From: Candidatus Marinacidobacterales bacterium
GTDB lineage: Bacteria > Acidobacteriota > Vicinamibacteria > Marinacidobacterales > DATDRI01
Assembly: GCA_965226495.1 (NCBI GenBank)
Contig: OZ245365.1
Span: forward strand, 5,088,001 to 5,152,000
DNA length: 64,000 nucleotides
Reading direction: 5' to 3'
Shown: positions 19,450 to 28,877 of the stretch, piece by piece
Layout of the letters: each line of letters opens with the position of its first letter
How positions within the stretch are numbered: position 1 is the first letter of the stretch
The notes under the pieces: model-generated
Databases searched by the model: none
The model's input: the letters and a program-made list of their open reading frames with translations, nothing else
Told to the model about the DNA's origin: nothing
Made by a program: the position numbers and the translations under genes

Positions 19450-20396
19450 CCAAGATTTTCCCGCCAGTGGCCCAGTAAGTCTGCCAGCGTCTGCTTCAAC
19501 TCGGTTTCCGGCTGCCATCCCACTTCCGAACGTAGCTTGGTGTTGTCGCCAAGGACAAGCGGAGCATCGGCCGCATGAAAACGAGCCGCGTCCACCTCCA
19601 CGGTTACTTTCGTGCCCGCTAGGTCGCGAAGCGTCGCGAGAATCTCATCCATCGAGAACGCTTCTCCGCGGCAGATGTTGTAGGGGGTAGCCGGCTGCCC
19701 TTGTTCCAAGACTCCTCGGTAACCTCGAACCACATCACGAACATCGCTGAAGTCTCGGCGGGCGGACAAGTTTCCGACTCGAATCGTGGGCTCCCGACGC
19801 CCAACTTCTATCTCCGCCACCTGGCGGGCGAAGCTCGAGCAGACATAGGAGGATTCCTGGCCTGGACCGGTATGGTTGAACGAGCGCACCAAGAAAACGG
19901 GAAGCTCCTCTGCGAGAAAGAACCGCAGGCCCAGGACCTCTTGAGCCGTTTTGCTCACACCGTACGGCGTGAGCGGACGTTGGGGTTGATCCTCCCCGAT
20001 GGGTTGCTCTCCCTCAGGAACCAGCCCGTACTGCTGCGCCGACCCCACCAGCAACACCCGGGGGCGCATGCCGGTTTCCAGTGCCGCCTGGAGCACATTG
20101 TGGCTGCCGATGATGTTCGTCTCGAGGGCTCGGCGCGCGTTGGCCCAAGAGCCTTCGGGGTTGGAAAAAGCCGCTAAATGATAGATCGCCTCGGGCTTGA
20201 AGTCGGAAACGATCCGAGCCAAAGATGTCGTGTCCAGGATATCTGCCTCGTGAACTTCGACCTCCGGTGGACAATCCTTTCCCGATTTGCGGTCGCCCGG
20301 TTGACGTATACCGACCACCTTGTCGTCCCGATCGAGTAAGTGGCGAGCGAGGTGGCCGCCGGCGAAACCAGCCACCCCCGTAACGAGGGCTTTCAT
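19446..20396 (-). CDS. NAD-dependent epimerase/dehydratase (GDP-6-deoxy-D-mannose reductase Rmd-like or GMD-like)
   Basis: TGVAGFAG, YGVSK, FNHTGPGQ, GNL...RDFSDVRD. Confidence 0.85.
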   Translation of the reverse strand: MKALVTGVAGFAGGHLARHLLDRDDKVVGIRQPGDRKSGKDCPPEVEVHEADILDTTSLARIVSDFKPEAIYHLAAFSNPEGSWANARRALETNIIGSHNVLQAALETGMRPRVLLVGSAQQYGLVPEGEQPIGEDQPQRPLTPYGVSKTAQEVLGLRFFLAEELPVFLVRSFNHTGPGQESSYVCSSFARQVAEIEVGRREPTIRVGNLSARRDFSDVRDVVRGYRGVLEQGQPATPYNICRGEAFSMDEILATLRDLAGTKVTVEVDAARFHAADAPLVLGDNTKLRSEVGWQPETELKQTLADLLGHWRENLG

Positions 20397-20399
20397 CTT

Positions 20400-21359
20400 C
20401 TATCGGAGGGTTGCTCGCCAATACTCCAGCATATCGGCCAGGGTCTTCTCGTAGGGTATCTCTGGCACCCATCCGGTGGCTTTCTTGAACTTGGAGTAAT
20501 CCCCCAGCAAGACCGGCACATCGGATGGGCGGAGTCGCTCCGGGTCGGTTTCCACTTTCACCTTCACCCCGGATTGTTCGACGAGTCGGTCTAACACCTC
20601 TTGGATGGAATAGGCTTTTCCGCTACAGAGGTTGTAGACCTCCCCCGCCTCGCAGCGCTCGGTCGCGAGCCAATAGCCACGAACGATGTCCCGCACGTCG
20701 GTAAAGTCTCTACGCGCTTCTAGATTCCCGACATGAAGCACCGGGGGCTTTTTTCCCTTTTCCACTTCGATTAGCTGCTTCGCAAAGTTCGAAGAAACGA
20801 ACACCTCTCCTCTTCGCGGACCGTCATGGTTGAAACCCCGAGTCCGCACCACCTTCAAGCCAAAGCTCATGTGGTACTGGTATCCCAAGTAGTCCTGCGC
20901 GATCTTACTCACCGCGTAGGGCGATAGAGGGCGAAGCGGATTCGTCTCCGTAATGGGAAGCTCGTCCTCATGGACCAATCCATACTCCTCACTGGAACAG
21001 GCAATTTGAATCCAGGGCTCGATTTCTAGTTCTCGTATCGCCTCGAAGATGTTCAGCTGACCCAAGACGTTCGTGGTGAGCGACTCCGCGGGGGCGTTCC
21101 ATGAGGCCGGCACGTAGCTTTGCGCAGCTAAATGGAAGATCTTGTCGGGACGTACGCGACCGAGTAGCGCCTTCACCGAAGTGGCGTCACGAAGATCGCA
21201 TTCGATCAGTTGGATGCGTTCCTGGATGTCCTGGATGTTCTCGGTACGACTCCTCCATCTCATAATCCCGTAGACTTCGGTGTCCGGATGATGGGCGAGG
21301 ATGTACTCAGCCAGATGACTTCCGGCGAATCCAGTGATACCGGTTATGAGAGCTCGCAA
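20400..21359 (-). CDS. GDP-mannose 4,6-dehydratase-like SDR
   Basis: TGITGFAGSHLAE, HLAAQS.V, SSEEYG, SPYAVSK, FNHDGPRRG. Confidence 0.85.
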   Translation of the reverse strand: MRALITGITGFAGSHLAEYILAHHPDTEVYGIMRWRSRTENIQDIQERIQLIECDLRDATSVKALLGRVRPDKIFHLAAQSYVPASWNAPAESLTTNVLGQLNIFEAIRELEIEPWIQIACSSEEYGLVHEDELPITETNPLRPLSPYAVSKIAQDYLGYQYHMSFGLKVVRTRGFNHDGPRRGEVFVSSNFAKQLIEVEKGKKPPVLHVGNLEARRDFTDVRDIVRGYWLATERCEAGEVYNLCSGKAYSIQEVLDRLVEQSGVKVKVETDPERLRPSDVPVLLGDYSKFKKATGWVPEIPYEKTLADMLEYWRATLR

Positions 21360-21419
21360 AGTTCCTCCTATGATCCGTTACTTGAGCTATTAGGGAGAAC
21401 AAGTATCTAGGGCGCGGCT

Positions 21420-22436
21420 TTACTTTCGGCCCTCACCGTAGTGTTTTTCGTAGAACTGCCGGTATTCCTGACTTCCGGACTTAATGTCCTTCCACCACGC
21501 CTCGTGCGACCGGTACCACTCTACCGTGGAGGCCAGCCCCTCGTCGAAGTCGACACCCGGCCTCCAGCCCAGTCCGCGAAGCCGGGTCGTATCTAGGCTA
21601 TAGCGACGGTCGTGCCCCGGCCGGTCGGCCACCTTTTTGATCAGGCTCTTGGGCTTCCCCACTAATGCCAAGATTCGCTCGGTAAGCTCGAGGTTACCGA
21701 GCTCGGTTCCGCCCCCGATATTGTAAGTCGTGCCCGGTTGCCCTTTCTCGATAACGAGATCCAAAGCGCGACAATGATCGTCCACGTGGAGCCAGTCGCG
21801 AACCTGAAGCCCATCACCATAAAGCGGCAGCGATTCGTCCTCCAAAGAGTTAGTGATGAACAACGGGATGACTTTCTCTGGATATTGGCGGGGACCATAG
21901 TTGTTCGACGCCCTGGTGACGATCACCGGCAGCCCGTACGTCGTGAAGTAGGAGTAGGCCAAGCGATCCGCTCCCGCCTTGCTCGCGGAATAAGGATTGC
22001 GTGGAGCCAGTGGATCCTCCTCGCGGGCAGATCCAGAGCTTATGCTTCCATACACCTCGTCGGTCGAGATCTGGACGAAAAGCTGCGATCTAGACTCTAG
22101 GCGAACTGCTTCCAAGAGAACGAAAGTGCCATAGACATCAGTGAGAATGAACTGACCCGCGTCATGTATGGATCGATCGACATGGGTCTCCGCAGCAAAG
22201 TTGACGATAATGTCCGCCTCGGCAACCAGTGGCTCTACCGCCGCGCGATCGCATATATCTCCCTGGACGAAACGATAACCCGCATGTGTCTCCAAACCCT
22301 CCAAGTTCGCAAGGTTCCCGGCGTATGTAAGCTTATCTAGGTTTGTAATGTGCCAATCCGGGTGGGCGCGGGTCAGATAGTGAATGAAATTACTACCGAT
22401 GAACCCCGCTCCACCCGTCACGAGGGTGTGGGTCAC
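21420..22436 (-). CDS. rfbB: dTDP-glucose 4,6-dehydratase
   Basis: TGGAGFIGSNF, DKLTYAGN, AAETHVDRS, STDEVYG, PYSASK, DRPGHDRRY. Confidence 0.95.
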   Translation of the reverse strand: MTHTLVTGGAGFIGSNFIHYLTRAHPDWHITNLDKLTYAGNLANLEGLETHAGYRFVQGDICDRAAVEPLVAEADIIVNFAAETHVDRSIHDAGQFILTDVYGTFVLLEAVRLESRSQLFVQISTDEVYGSISSGSAREEDPLAPRNPYSASKAGADRLAYSYFTTYGLPVIVTRASNNYGPRQYPEKVIPLFITNSLEDESLPLYGDGLQVRDWLHVDDHCRALDLVIEKGQPGTTYNIGGGTELGNLELTERILALVGKPKSLIKKVADRPGHDRRYSLDTTRLRGLGWRPGVDFDEGLASTVEWYRSHEAWWKDIKSGSQEYRQFYEKHYGEGRK

Positions 22437-23497
22437 GTAACGTCCACCTGGCTGTTGTCTCCCAGCATGAAACGATGGGCCTTAGGAGTTGATTGGGAGC
22501 GCTCTATGCGAACGTTGTAACCGACCAGGCTGTCTTCCATACGGCTACCCAGCTCGAGGATGACACTGTCCGAGAGGACAATGCTGTGCTCGACTTCACT
22601 CGCTCTAACGTGAACGTTGTTCTGAATCGAGGTAAAGGGCCCGATGTAGGAGCGCTCGATTCGTGATCCCGATCCAATGATGGCGGGCCCGCGCACGACA
22701 CTGCCAACGATCTCCGCGCCTTCATCGATCACGACCTTGCCTTCGATCCGAGAGTCACTATCCACTCGGCCGGCCACGTTTGGTTTCAGGCTGTCTAGTA
22801 CCAAACGATTCGCTTCCAAGATGTCATCGCGCTTGCCGGTGTCCTTCCACCAACCGTCGACCACATGGGGACTCACCTCGTGGCCATGGTCGATCAAGTA
22901 CTGGATGGCATCGGTGATCTCCAGCTCGTTCCGCAAGGACGGGCTAATGGCACGTGCCGCCTCGAAGATAGCAGCGCTGAACATGTACACACCCACCAGG
23001 GCGAGATCGCTCTGAGGGTTCTTGGGCTTTTCTTGTAGACGCGATACTCGGCCATCTTTGAGCTCCGCGACTCCGAACTGCTCGGGGTGCGGGACATGCG
23101 CCAACAAGATCTGGGCGGTTGGTTGTTTCTCGCGGAACTCCCCGACCAAACTCTCGATACCGTTGGCGAGAATATTATCGCCCAGATACATCACAAACGG
23201 TTCCTTGGCTAGAAACTCCTCTGCGGTAAGCACTGCATGGGCTAGCCCTAGCGGAGCTTCCTGAGGAATCAGGCGGATCTTCACTCCCCAACGAGAACCG
23301 TCTCCGACAGCCTCCTTAATCTCATTCGCGGTTTCCCCGACGATGATCCCGATCTCTACGATTCCCGCTGCGCGGATCGCCTCAATTCCGTAAAAAAGGA
23401 TGGGTTTGTTCGCCACCGGCATGAGCTGCTTGGCCCGAGTGTGCGTGAGCGGTCGGAGCCGGGTCCCGGTCCCGCCACTCAGAATGAGGCCTTTCAT
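22433..23497 (-). CDS. rfbA: Glucose-1-phosphate thymidylyltransferase (long form)
   Basis: LSGGTGTRLRPLT, KQL.PVANKP, ELEITD, GWWKDTG, C-terminal hexapeptide region. Confidence 0.93.
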   Translation of the reverse strand: MKGLILSGGTGTRLRPLTHTRAKQLMPVANKPILFYGIEAIRAAGIVEIGIIVGETANEIKEAVGDGSRWGVKIRLIPQEAPLGLAHAVLTAEEFLAKEPFVMYLGDNILANGIESLVGEFREKQPTAQILLAHVPHPEQFGVAELKDGRVSRLQEKPKNPQSDLALVGVYMFSAAIFEAARAISPSLRNELEITDAIQYLIDHGHEVSPHVVDGWWKDTGKRDDILEANRLVLDSLKPNVAGRVDSDSRIEGKVVIDEGAEIVGSVVRGPAIIGSGSRIERSYIGPFTSIQNNVHVRASEVEHSIVLSDSVILELGSRMEDSLVGYNVRIERSQSTPKAHRFMLGDNSQVDVT

Positions 23498-25714
23498 CTA
23501 CTGGATCCGACCTCCTTGCCCGCCGAGTTGGGTACCGAACGATCCAATGTTGGCCAGCGTAATACCAACCCGGAAGAGGTTCTCGTCCCGTACCGTACCG
23601 AAACGGTATCGGGCCCACTCCGCCATGAAGCCGCAACACTGAATGTTGTAGTTGACACCCGCCCGGACGAGATTCAATTCCTCGGTCTCGATGTTGTAGG
23701 CAGACTCGAATCGCACCTGCACGGTGCGTGTAGCGTTCAGGGTGGTGACGCCGCGCAGGTTCCGGCGCTCTCGGCCCGTGGTCAGCTGTACGCTTTGAGC
23801 CAGCGAGCCGCTGACATTGCCCCAGCCACCCCCGTGGCTCCCCACCAAGCTCATCGAGCGCATCCTGTTGAAATTAACGTCATACTCGAAATTCCAGGAA
23901 GCGGCCAGTCGACCGGTAGGACGGAAGCGTAGCTTCGAAGTAATCGGGGAATAGTTGCTGGGAACACCGCCCTCGGTGAAAAAGGGCGTACTGAATTGGC
24001 GATCGTAGAGGCTGGCATCGACCTGGAGAAAATATCTCTGTGCGAGCGTCCAGGTCAGAAACTCGTAGGGGACCGCTTTGTCACTTTGGCCGATTTTGCG
24101 CTTTGCTAGAAATCGATTCACCAGAGAAAAAGAAAACTGGTTGGTACCGGGAACGTAGTCGTTGGAGTCGAACTTGGGGATATCTCCGAAGTTGTCAACC
24201 AGCGAGCGATAGCTCCAAACGAGCTGCGGCTCGATAACGTGCTTGTACTTTTCCGCATATCCGTTACCGGGGGTATTGAAAATGCGGGAAAAGGTCGGTC
24301 CCCGTACGTCGACACGGACCTCGTTGTAAGTTCGGTCCAAAGCATCCCCGATCACTTCTCCAGTCGAGTCAGTTTGCTGTGAGTAGCGCGTGAAGCGCGT
24401 CATGAACGACGTTCGCGCGGTCAGGAAAGGCCAAATATTGAAAGGGTAGGAAATAGTTGGCAGGACGTCGTAACGTTGATAATCGACCAGATCGTCTCGC
24501 ACACTCCGGGAGAACGAAGAAGCGGACGTGCTAAAACCGAACAAGATCGGCGTCGGACCGATCTTCGTTTGCCTACCCTGGAAAGCGACGCGGGGAAGTA
24601 TCTCCCGGAAACTAATACTATCCGTGAAAGACGTCTCGTTGCGATCGTAGAGAAAACGTAAGGTGTAGGCCGACCAGGATCGAGCCACGTTCACGGTGGC
24701 TCGCTTCGAGCGGCGGGTCAAATCTGCGTAGCTCTCCTGGTACGTTTGTTGGAAGGCGAAGGAGCTGAAGTAGTCGACGCGCGCAATCGTCGTGAAGTCG
24801 GCAGGTAGCTGCTGATTGACATTCGCCCTGATCTGCCATTCCTTCTGTTCTAAAACCTTGTCGTCGATGTAGTAGGATTCGAAGCGACCTCGCGACGCTC
24901 CGCTGAGCAGGTAGCGATACTCGGTTCCAAGCCCCACCCCACTTTGGGAAAACCAATCGACATTGATGGTCGCATCGTGGGAGCGGTTGATGGCCCAGAA
25001 GAAACCCTGGCTGACCATGAAACCCTTGAAGGTAGAGTTTCCTATTTGGGGAAGCATGAGGCCCGTCGATCGGTCTTTGTCATTGATGGGGTAGTAGAGA
25101 TACGGCACATAGAAGACCGGTACCGACTTCACCTTGAGAAACGCGCCGTGGAGGGAAACGTGGTGGTCGCGACGGATGGTGGCCTTTCCGGAGGTGAATC
25201 GCCAGCGAGGCGTCGGCTGCGCGCAAGACGTGAAAGCTCCTCGTTCCACGACGTAGACATCCTCCGAAATTTTCTCCACCACGTCACCCTGAAAGTAGAG
25301 ATCGTTGCCCGAGCTTCCATAGGCGTTATAGAACTTGCCCGTCCCGGTCTCGAGATCGACTTCCATCCGATCACCGACGATCTTTTGGTCGCCCTGCTGG
25401 AAGACGACGTTGCCTTCCGCGATGACCCGCATCTCCTCGTTCCAGAAATCGACTTTGTCTGCCGAGACACGGATATCTCCCGACACCATGTCCACGTACC
25501 CGGTCGCCCTGACGTGCCCCTTTTCGATCTGCTCTTGCTCATCGGCGTTCAGAGTGACCGACCCGGGTGGGGGAGGAGCCGGTGGTGGAACCTGCTGAGC
25601 CTGTTGAACCTGTTCCGACTCTTGGGTTTGCCGAGAAGCGTCGTCTTCGTCGTTGTTTTGCCCGCCGGCGAGGGGCACCGCGGTTAAAAGAAAGACAATA
25701 GTCAGTCTCAACAT
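23498..25714 (-). CDS. lptD: LPS-assembly protein LptD
   Basis: Signal peptide, OstA-like jellyroll, FTSC..P.P.W, RSTGL..P, beta-barrel with YNIQCC near the C-terminus. Confidence 0.9.
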   Translation of the reverse strand: MLRLTIVFLLTAVPLAGGQNNDEDDASRQTQESEQVQQAQQVPPPAPPPPGSVTLNADEQEQIEKGHVRATGYVDMVSGDIRVSADKVDFWNEEMRVIAEGNVVFQQGDQKIVGDRMEVDLETGTGKFYNAYGSSGNDLYFQGDVVEKISEDVYVVERGAFTSCAQPTPRWRFTSGKATIRRDHHVSLHGAFLKVKSVPVFYVPYLYYPINDKDRSTGLMLPQIGNSTFKGFMVSQGFFWAINRSHDATINVDWFSQSGVGLGTEYRYLLSGASRGRFESYYIDDKVLEQKEWQIRANVNQQLPADFTTIARVDYFSSFAFQQTYQESYADLTRRSKRATVNVARSWSAYTLRFLYDRNETSFTDSISFREILPRVAFQGRQTKIGPTPILFGFSTSASSFSRSVRDDLVDYQRYDVLPTISYPFNIWPFLTARTSFMTRFTRYSQQTDSTGEVIGDALDRTYNEVRVDVRGPTFSRIFNTPGNGYAEKYKHVIEPQLVWSYRSLVDNFGDIPKFDSNDYVPGTNQFSFSLVNRFLAKRKIGQSDKAVPYEFLTWTLAQRYFLQVDASLYDRQFSTPFFTEGGVPSNYSPITSKLRFRPTGRLAASWNFEYDVNFNRMRSMSLVGSHGGGWGNVSGSLAQSVQLTTGRERRNLRGVTTLNATRTVQVRFESAYNIETEELNLVRAGVNYNIQCCGFMAEWARYRFGTVRDENLFRVGITLANIGSFGTQLGGQGGRIQ

Positions 25715-25892
25715 CGAGCGAGACCCGATCTCGACCCCCCTTAATCCTTTTGGACCAACGCATTATGCATCGGGGGCCCGGTTTTTTCCAGGCCCAGTTT
25801 CTTTATCATCCCTTAACTGTCACCCTCAGAATGACATACACTCTTGCTGGCGCTTTGAATGCCGACACGTCATGCTTATGGGCGTCGGGAGA

Positions 25893-27377
25893 ATGACAGT
25901 TACAGTGGAAAAGACAGAGGTCTTGCTCGTTTCGTGTTACGAGCTTGGGCACCAGCCTATGGGGCTTGCCAGTCCTATGGCGTTTCTTGCACGAGCGGGA
26001 TTTCCGGTCACCGCGGTCGACATCTCCGTCGACCCTCTCGAGAAGTTGGACGAGAACCTCATCCGTCGGGCTCGGCTTGTCGCGATTTCCGTCCCCATGC
26101 ACACTGCCCTGCGTTTAGGCTCACGCGTCGCGGAGCGAATCCGCGAAATGAACCCGCGCTGCCATGTTTGTTTTTACGGATTGTACGCCACTCTGAATCG
26201 CGATTACCTCATACGGAACGGGGTGGACTCTATTTTGGGAGGAGAGTCCGAGCAATCTTTGGTACGCCTCGCGGAAGCCCTTGCCAAAAACAGCAACACC
26301 CTCCCAACCTTCTCCGGGCCGGTACTGGAGCGCCTTCGATTCCCGGTGCCGCTACGTCGAGGCCTCCCACCACTCGAAAAGTACGCCCACTTGGAGCGCG
26401 AAGGAGGCCATGGCCCGGTCGGCTACGTCGAAGCTAGTCGTGGATGCCTGCATCATTGCTTGCACTGTCCGATCCCGCCGGTTTACCAAGGTCGTTTCTT
26501 CGTCGTACCCAAGGAGATCGTGCACGCCGACATTCGCCAACTCGTCGAATCAGGAGCCACCCACATCACATTCGGGGATCCCGATTTTTTGAACGGACCG
26601 GGGCATTCACTGGCGGTTGCTCGTGCTCTTCACGAAGAGTTTCCCGAGCTCACCTTCGACTTCACGGCGAAAGTGGAGCACATTTTGAAACACCGAGCCC
26701 TTTTGCCGGAGCTCCGCAACCAAGGCTGTATCTTCGTCGTGTCGGCCATCGAATCTCTCAGCGACCACGTACTGAATCAGATCGACAAAGGACACACGCG
26801 CCAAGATGCCAACGAAGCGGTGAGCGCTCTCCGACGCACCGGGATCGCGCCGCGCCCGACTTGGGTCTCGTTCACACCTTGGACGACTCTCCGGGACTAC
26901 ATTGACGTCCTCGAGTGGGTGGACGAGGAGGGGCTCGTCGGTCACGTCGACCCCGTACAATTCACGGTCCGTCTACTGGTTCCCCCGGGCTCCTTACTGC
27001 TGGAGAGAGGAGCGATTCAACCCTTCTTGGAACCACTCGTGCCGGAGTCGTTTACTTATCCGTGGAGACACCCCGACCCTAGGATGGATCTCCTCCACGC
27101 TCGAGTCAGCAAGCTCGTCGAGAAATCCGCTTCGGATGACGAGGACCCTTTTGAGACTTTTTCACGCATCCACGACCTGGCTTGGTCCGAGCTGGAAACG
27201 GGAAAACGACCGCCGCTGCTCCGAGATCGGGCCGAGCGTGGAAAGCGCCCTCCCCGACTCACCGAAGCGTGGTTCTGCTGATCAGAGCCCACAGAGGGTC
27301 AGTTGGGCCCAGTCGAGAAATTGAAAAATCCGGGGGTTGAAACCGAAGCGTCGACTTCATATAATGAAGCGGGATAG
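25893..27377 (+). CDS. Radical SAM protein with B12-binding-like N-domain and C-U-S-E-P tail (probable selenoprotein; ends at 27281 if UGA is a true stop)
   Basis: SCYELGHQP N-terminus, EASRGCLHHCLHC (CxxxCxxC), TFGDPDF; in-frame TGA at 27279-27281 in WFC-U-SEPTEGQ; frame continues to TAG at 27375-27377. Confidence 0.85.
27282..27311 (+). promoter_or_regulatory. Putative bacterial SECIS hairpin
   Basis: GCCC/GGGC lower stem, AC/GU and GA/UC upper pairs, GGG apical loop, immediately 3' of the UGA. Confidence 0.6.
27337..27369 (+). promoter_or_regulatory. Sigma70 promoter for the nfu gene with overlapping palindrome
   Basis: TTGAAA(27337-42)-17 nt-TATAAT(27360-65); inverted repeat CTTCAT-ATA-ATGAAG (27355-69). 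Confidence 0.75.
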
Positions 27378-27388
27378 GAGAGCATGAG

Positions 27389-27985
27389 ATGAGCGAAGAC
27401 CTCAAGATCACCTGCGAGCCAAAGGATACGGAGAGCTGTAGCTTCGTCCTCGACCGACCCGTCTACGAAGGAGGCTCCGCGTACTTTGGCGACCAAGACC
27501 GAGCCAGTGGCTCTCCGTTACCCGAAAAACTCTTTGCGCTGGACGGCGTCAAGACGGTGCTGGTGCAGGACAACAAAGTGACCATCACCGCGGAAGGCAT
27601 CGGCGACGATTGGCTTCCGTTGGCCAAGCAAGTGGGTGCGACCATTCGCAGCGTGCTCCAATCGGGCGAGAAACCCATCTCCGACTCCCTGCTCAACTCC
27701 ATGCCTGCGTCCGAGCAGATCAAGAAGACGATCGAAGAGCTCTTCATTCGGGAGATCAACCCCTCCATTGCCGCGCATGGCGGTTTCGTGGAGGTGCTAG
27801 ACGTGAAGGGGAACGAGGTCTATATTCGTCTTGGAGGTGGGTGCCAAGGTTGCGGGATGGCGGACGTCACACTCAAACAGGGGATAGAAACGTCCATCCG
27901 CAAGGCGGTGCCCCAGATCGGAGCCATCATGGACACGACCGACCACGCGGCGGGAAGAAACCCCTACTACGCGCCCTCCAAGTAG
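27389..27985 (+). CDS. NifU/Nfu-family Fe-S cluster carrier (Nfu_N plus NifU_C)
   Basis: SPL..KLF.LDGV..V, INP.IA.HGG.V, GGGCQGCGMA.VTLKQGIE, DHAAG.NPYY; AGGAG RBS. Confidence 0.92.
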   Translation: MSEDLKITCEPKDTESCSFVLDRPVYEGGSAYFGDQDRASGSPLPEKLFALDGVKTVLVQDNKVTITAEGIGDDWLPLAKQVGATIRSVLQSGEKPISDSLLNSMPASEQIKKTIEELFIREINPSIAAHGGFVEVLDVKGNEVYIRLGGGCQGCGMADVTLKQGIETSIRKAVPQIGAIMDTTDHAAGRNPYYAPSK

Positions 27986-27986
27986 A

Positions 27987-28004
27987 CTGGCTCATAAGAG
28001 CCAG
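27987..28004. terminator. Perfect hairpin immediately after the nfu stop codon
   Basis: CTGGCTC-ATAA-GAGCCAG; no clear U tract. Confidence 0.35.
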
Positions 28005-28039
28005 CCTCGCGCTCCCGACCCCACCTTCCCCCTTGCCTG

Positions 28040-28069
28040 TTGACTCGCGCCCGGGGTCGGTGTTATATA
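28040..28069 (+). promoter_or_regulatory. Sigma70-like promoter upstream of the PRTase-like gene
   Basis: TTGACT-18 nt-TATATA with TG extended -10. Confidence 0.45.
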
Positions 28070-28202
28070 TCGTCACCCAATCAAACGTGGCTGCAACCAA
28101 CCCTTACAGCCTAAAAATATAGCCTTTTTTTGCGGCTTTTCTTGGCGTACGAAGTACTGGTGTGTGCTTAACCGCTACTTCGAGATGACGGAGTCCACCT
28201 TG

Positions 28203-28877
28203 ATGCAACAGATGGCTATTAAGGTCGTTTGGTTCTGCACGAGCTCGAGCAACCCCAACGAGCAGAGCTCTGCCAATCTCGATGCCTTGAATTTCCTGCG
28301 CGCCCTCAAGGGGGAGCGCATCGAGGGGGAAGCAACTATCCCCATCGCCGGGCAAAACCGGCGTCTCAGCAATTCCAACCTGGATGAGGCGATCGACTGG
28401 TTCGGCGAAATGGTCGCCAGCTATTTCCAACGTCAGGGTTTAGATCCGCCGTTTTACCTGGTTCCCATTCCGGACACCAACACGACGGTGGAATCGAGTA
28501 CCGGCCCCTGGACGTCCTTGACCGCAATGGCTATTGCCTCCAAGCTCGAAGGTGATGTGGAAGCTCTAGACGTTCTTCGCTGGAAAAAGAACCTCTCCTA
28601 CCTCAGTGCGGAGACGCAGGATGCCACTCGGCTATACGAGAACCTAGCCCTGCTCGGAAAAACCCAATGGGATAAACCGGTAGTGCTGGTGGACTACCTG
28701 GCGGCCAACGCGGCGCGAGCCCAGGCCTGCGAGGCGTTCTTGAGGGCGAACGGCGCTCGCGTCCTGCTCTGTGTGTTTGCGGGAAGAATCGTCCCCGAGA
28801 AGCCCGAGAAGAACTTTGCGGTCTTTAGAGCCGAAGTCGCAGGAATCAATCCTGTTCCCCCTCGCTCGGCGGACTGA
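28203..28877 (+). CDS. Hypothetical PRTase/ComF-like fold protein with degenerate PRPP loop (start uncertain, 28164-28212)
   Basis: LVPIP, LRWKK, and VVLVDYLAANA where VVLVDDVxTTG is expected. Confidence 0.65.
   Translation: MQQMAIKVVWFCTSSSNPNEQSSANLDALNFLRALKGERIEGEATIPIAGQNRRLSNSNLDEAIDWFGEMVASYFQRQGLDPPFYLVPIPDTNTTVESSTGPWTSLTAMAIASKLEGDVEALDVLRWKKNLSYLSAETQDATRLYENLALLGKTQWDKPVVLVDYLAANAARAQACEAFLRANGARVLLCVFAGRIVPEKPEKNFAVFRAEVAGINPVPPRSAD

Noticed and set aside
25653-25892. 80-aa N-terminal extension of the radical SAM ORF
   Set aside because: Overlaps the lptD start and divergent promoter region; ATG 25893 has a GGGAGA RBS and directly precedes the conserved-looking domain
28087-28122. 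11-codon ORF (VAATNPYSLKI) as a RiPP precursor, or the region as a preQ1 riboswitch
   Set aside because: No RBS, no precursor-like features, and the loop lacks the preQ1-I consensus
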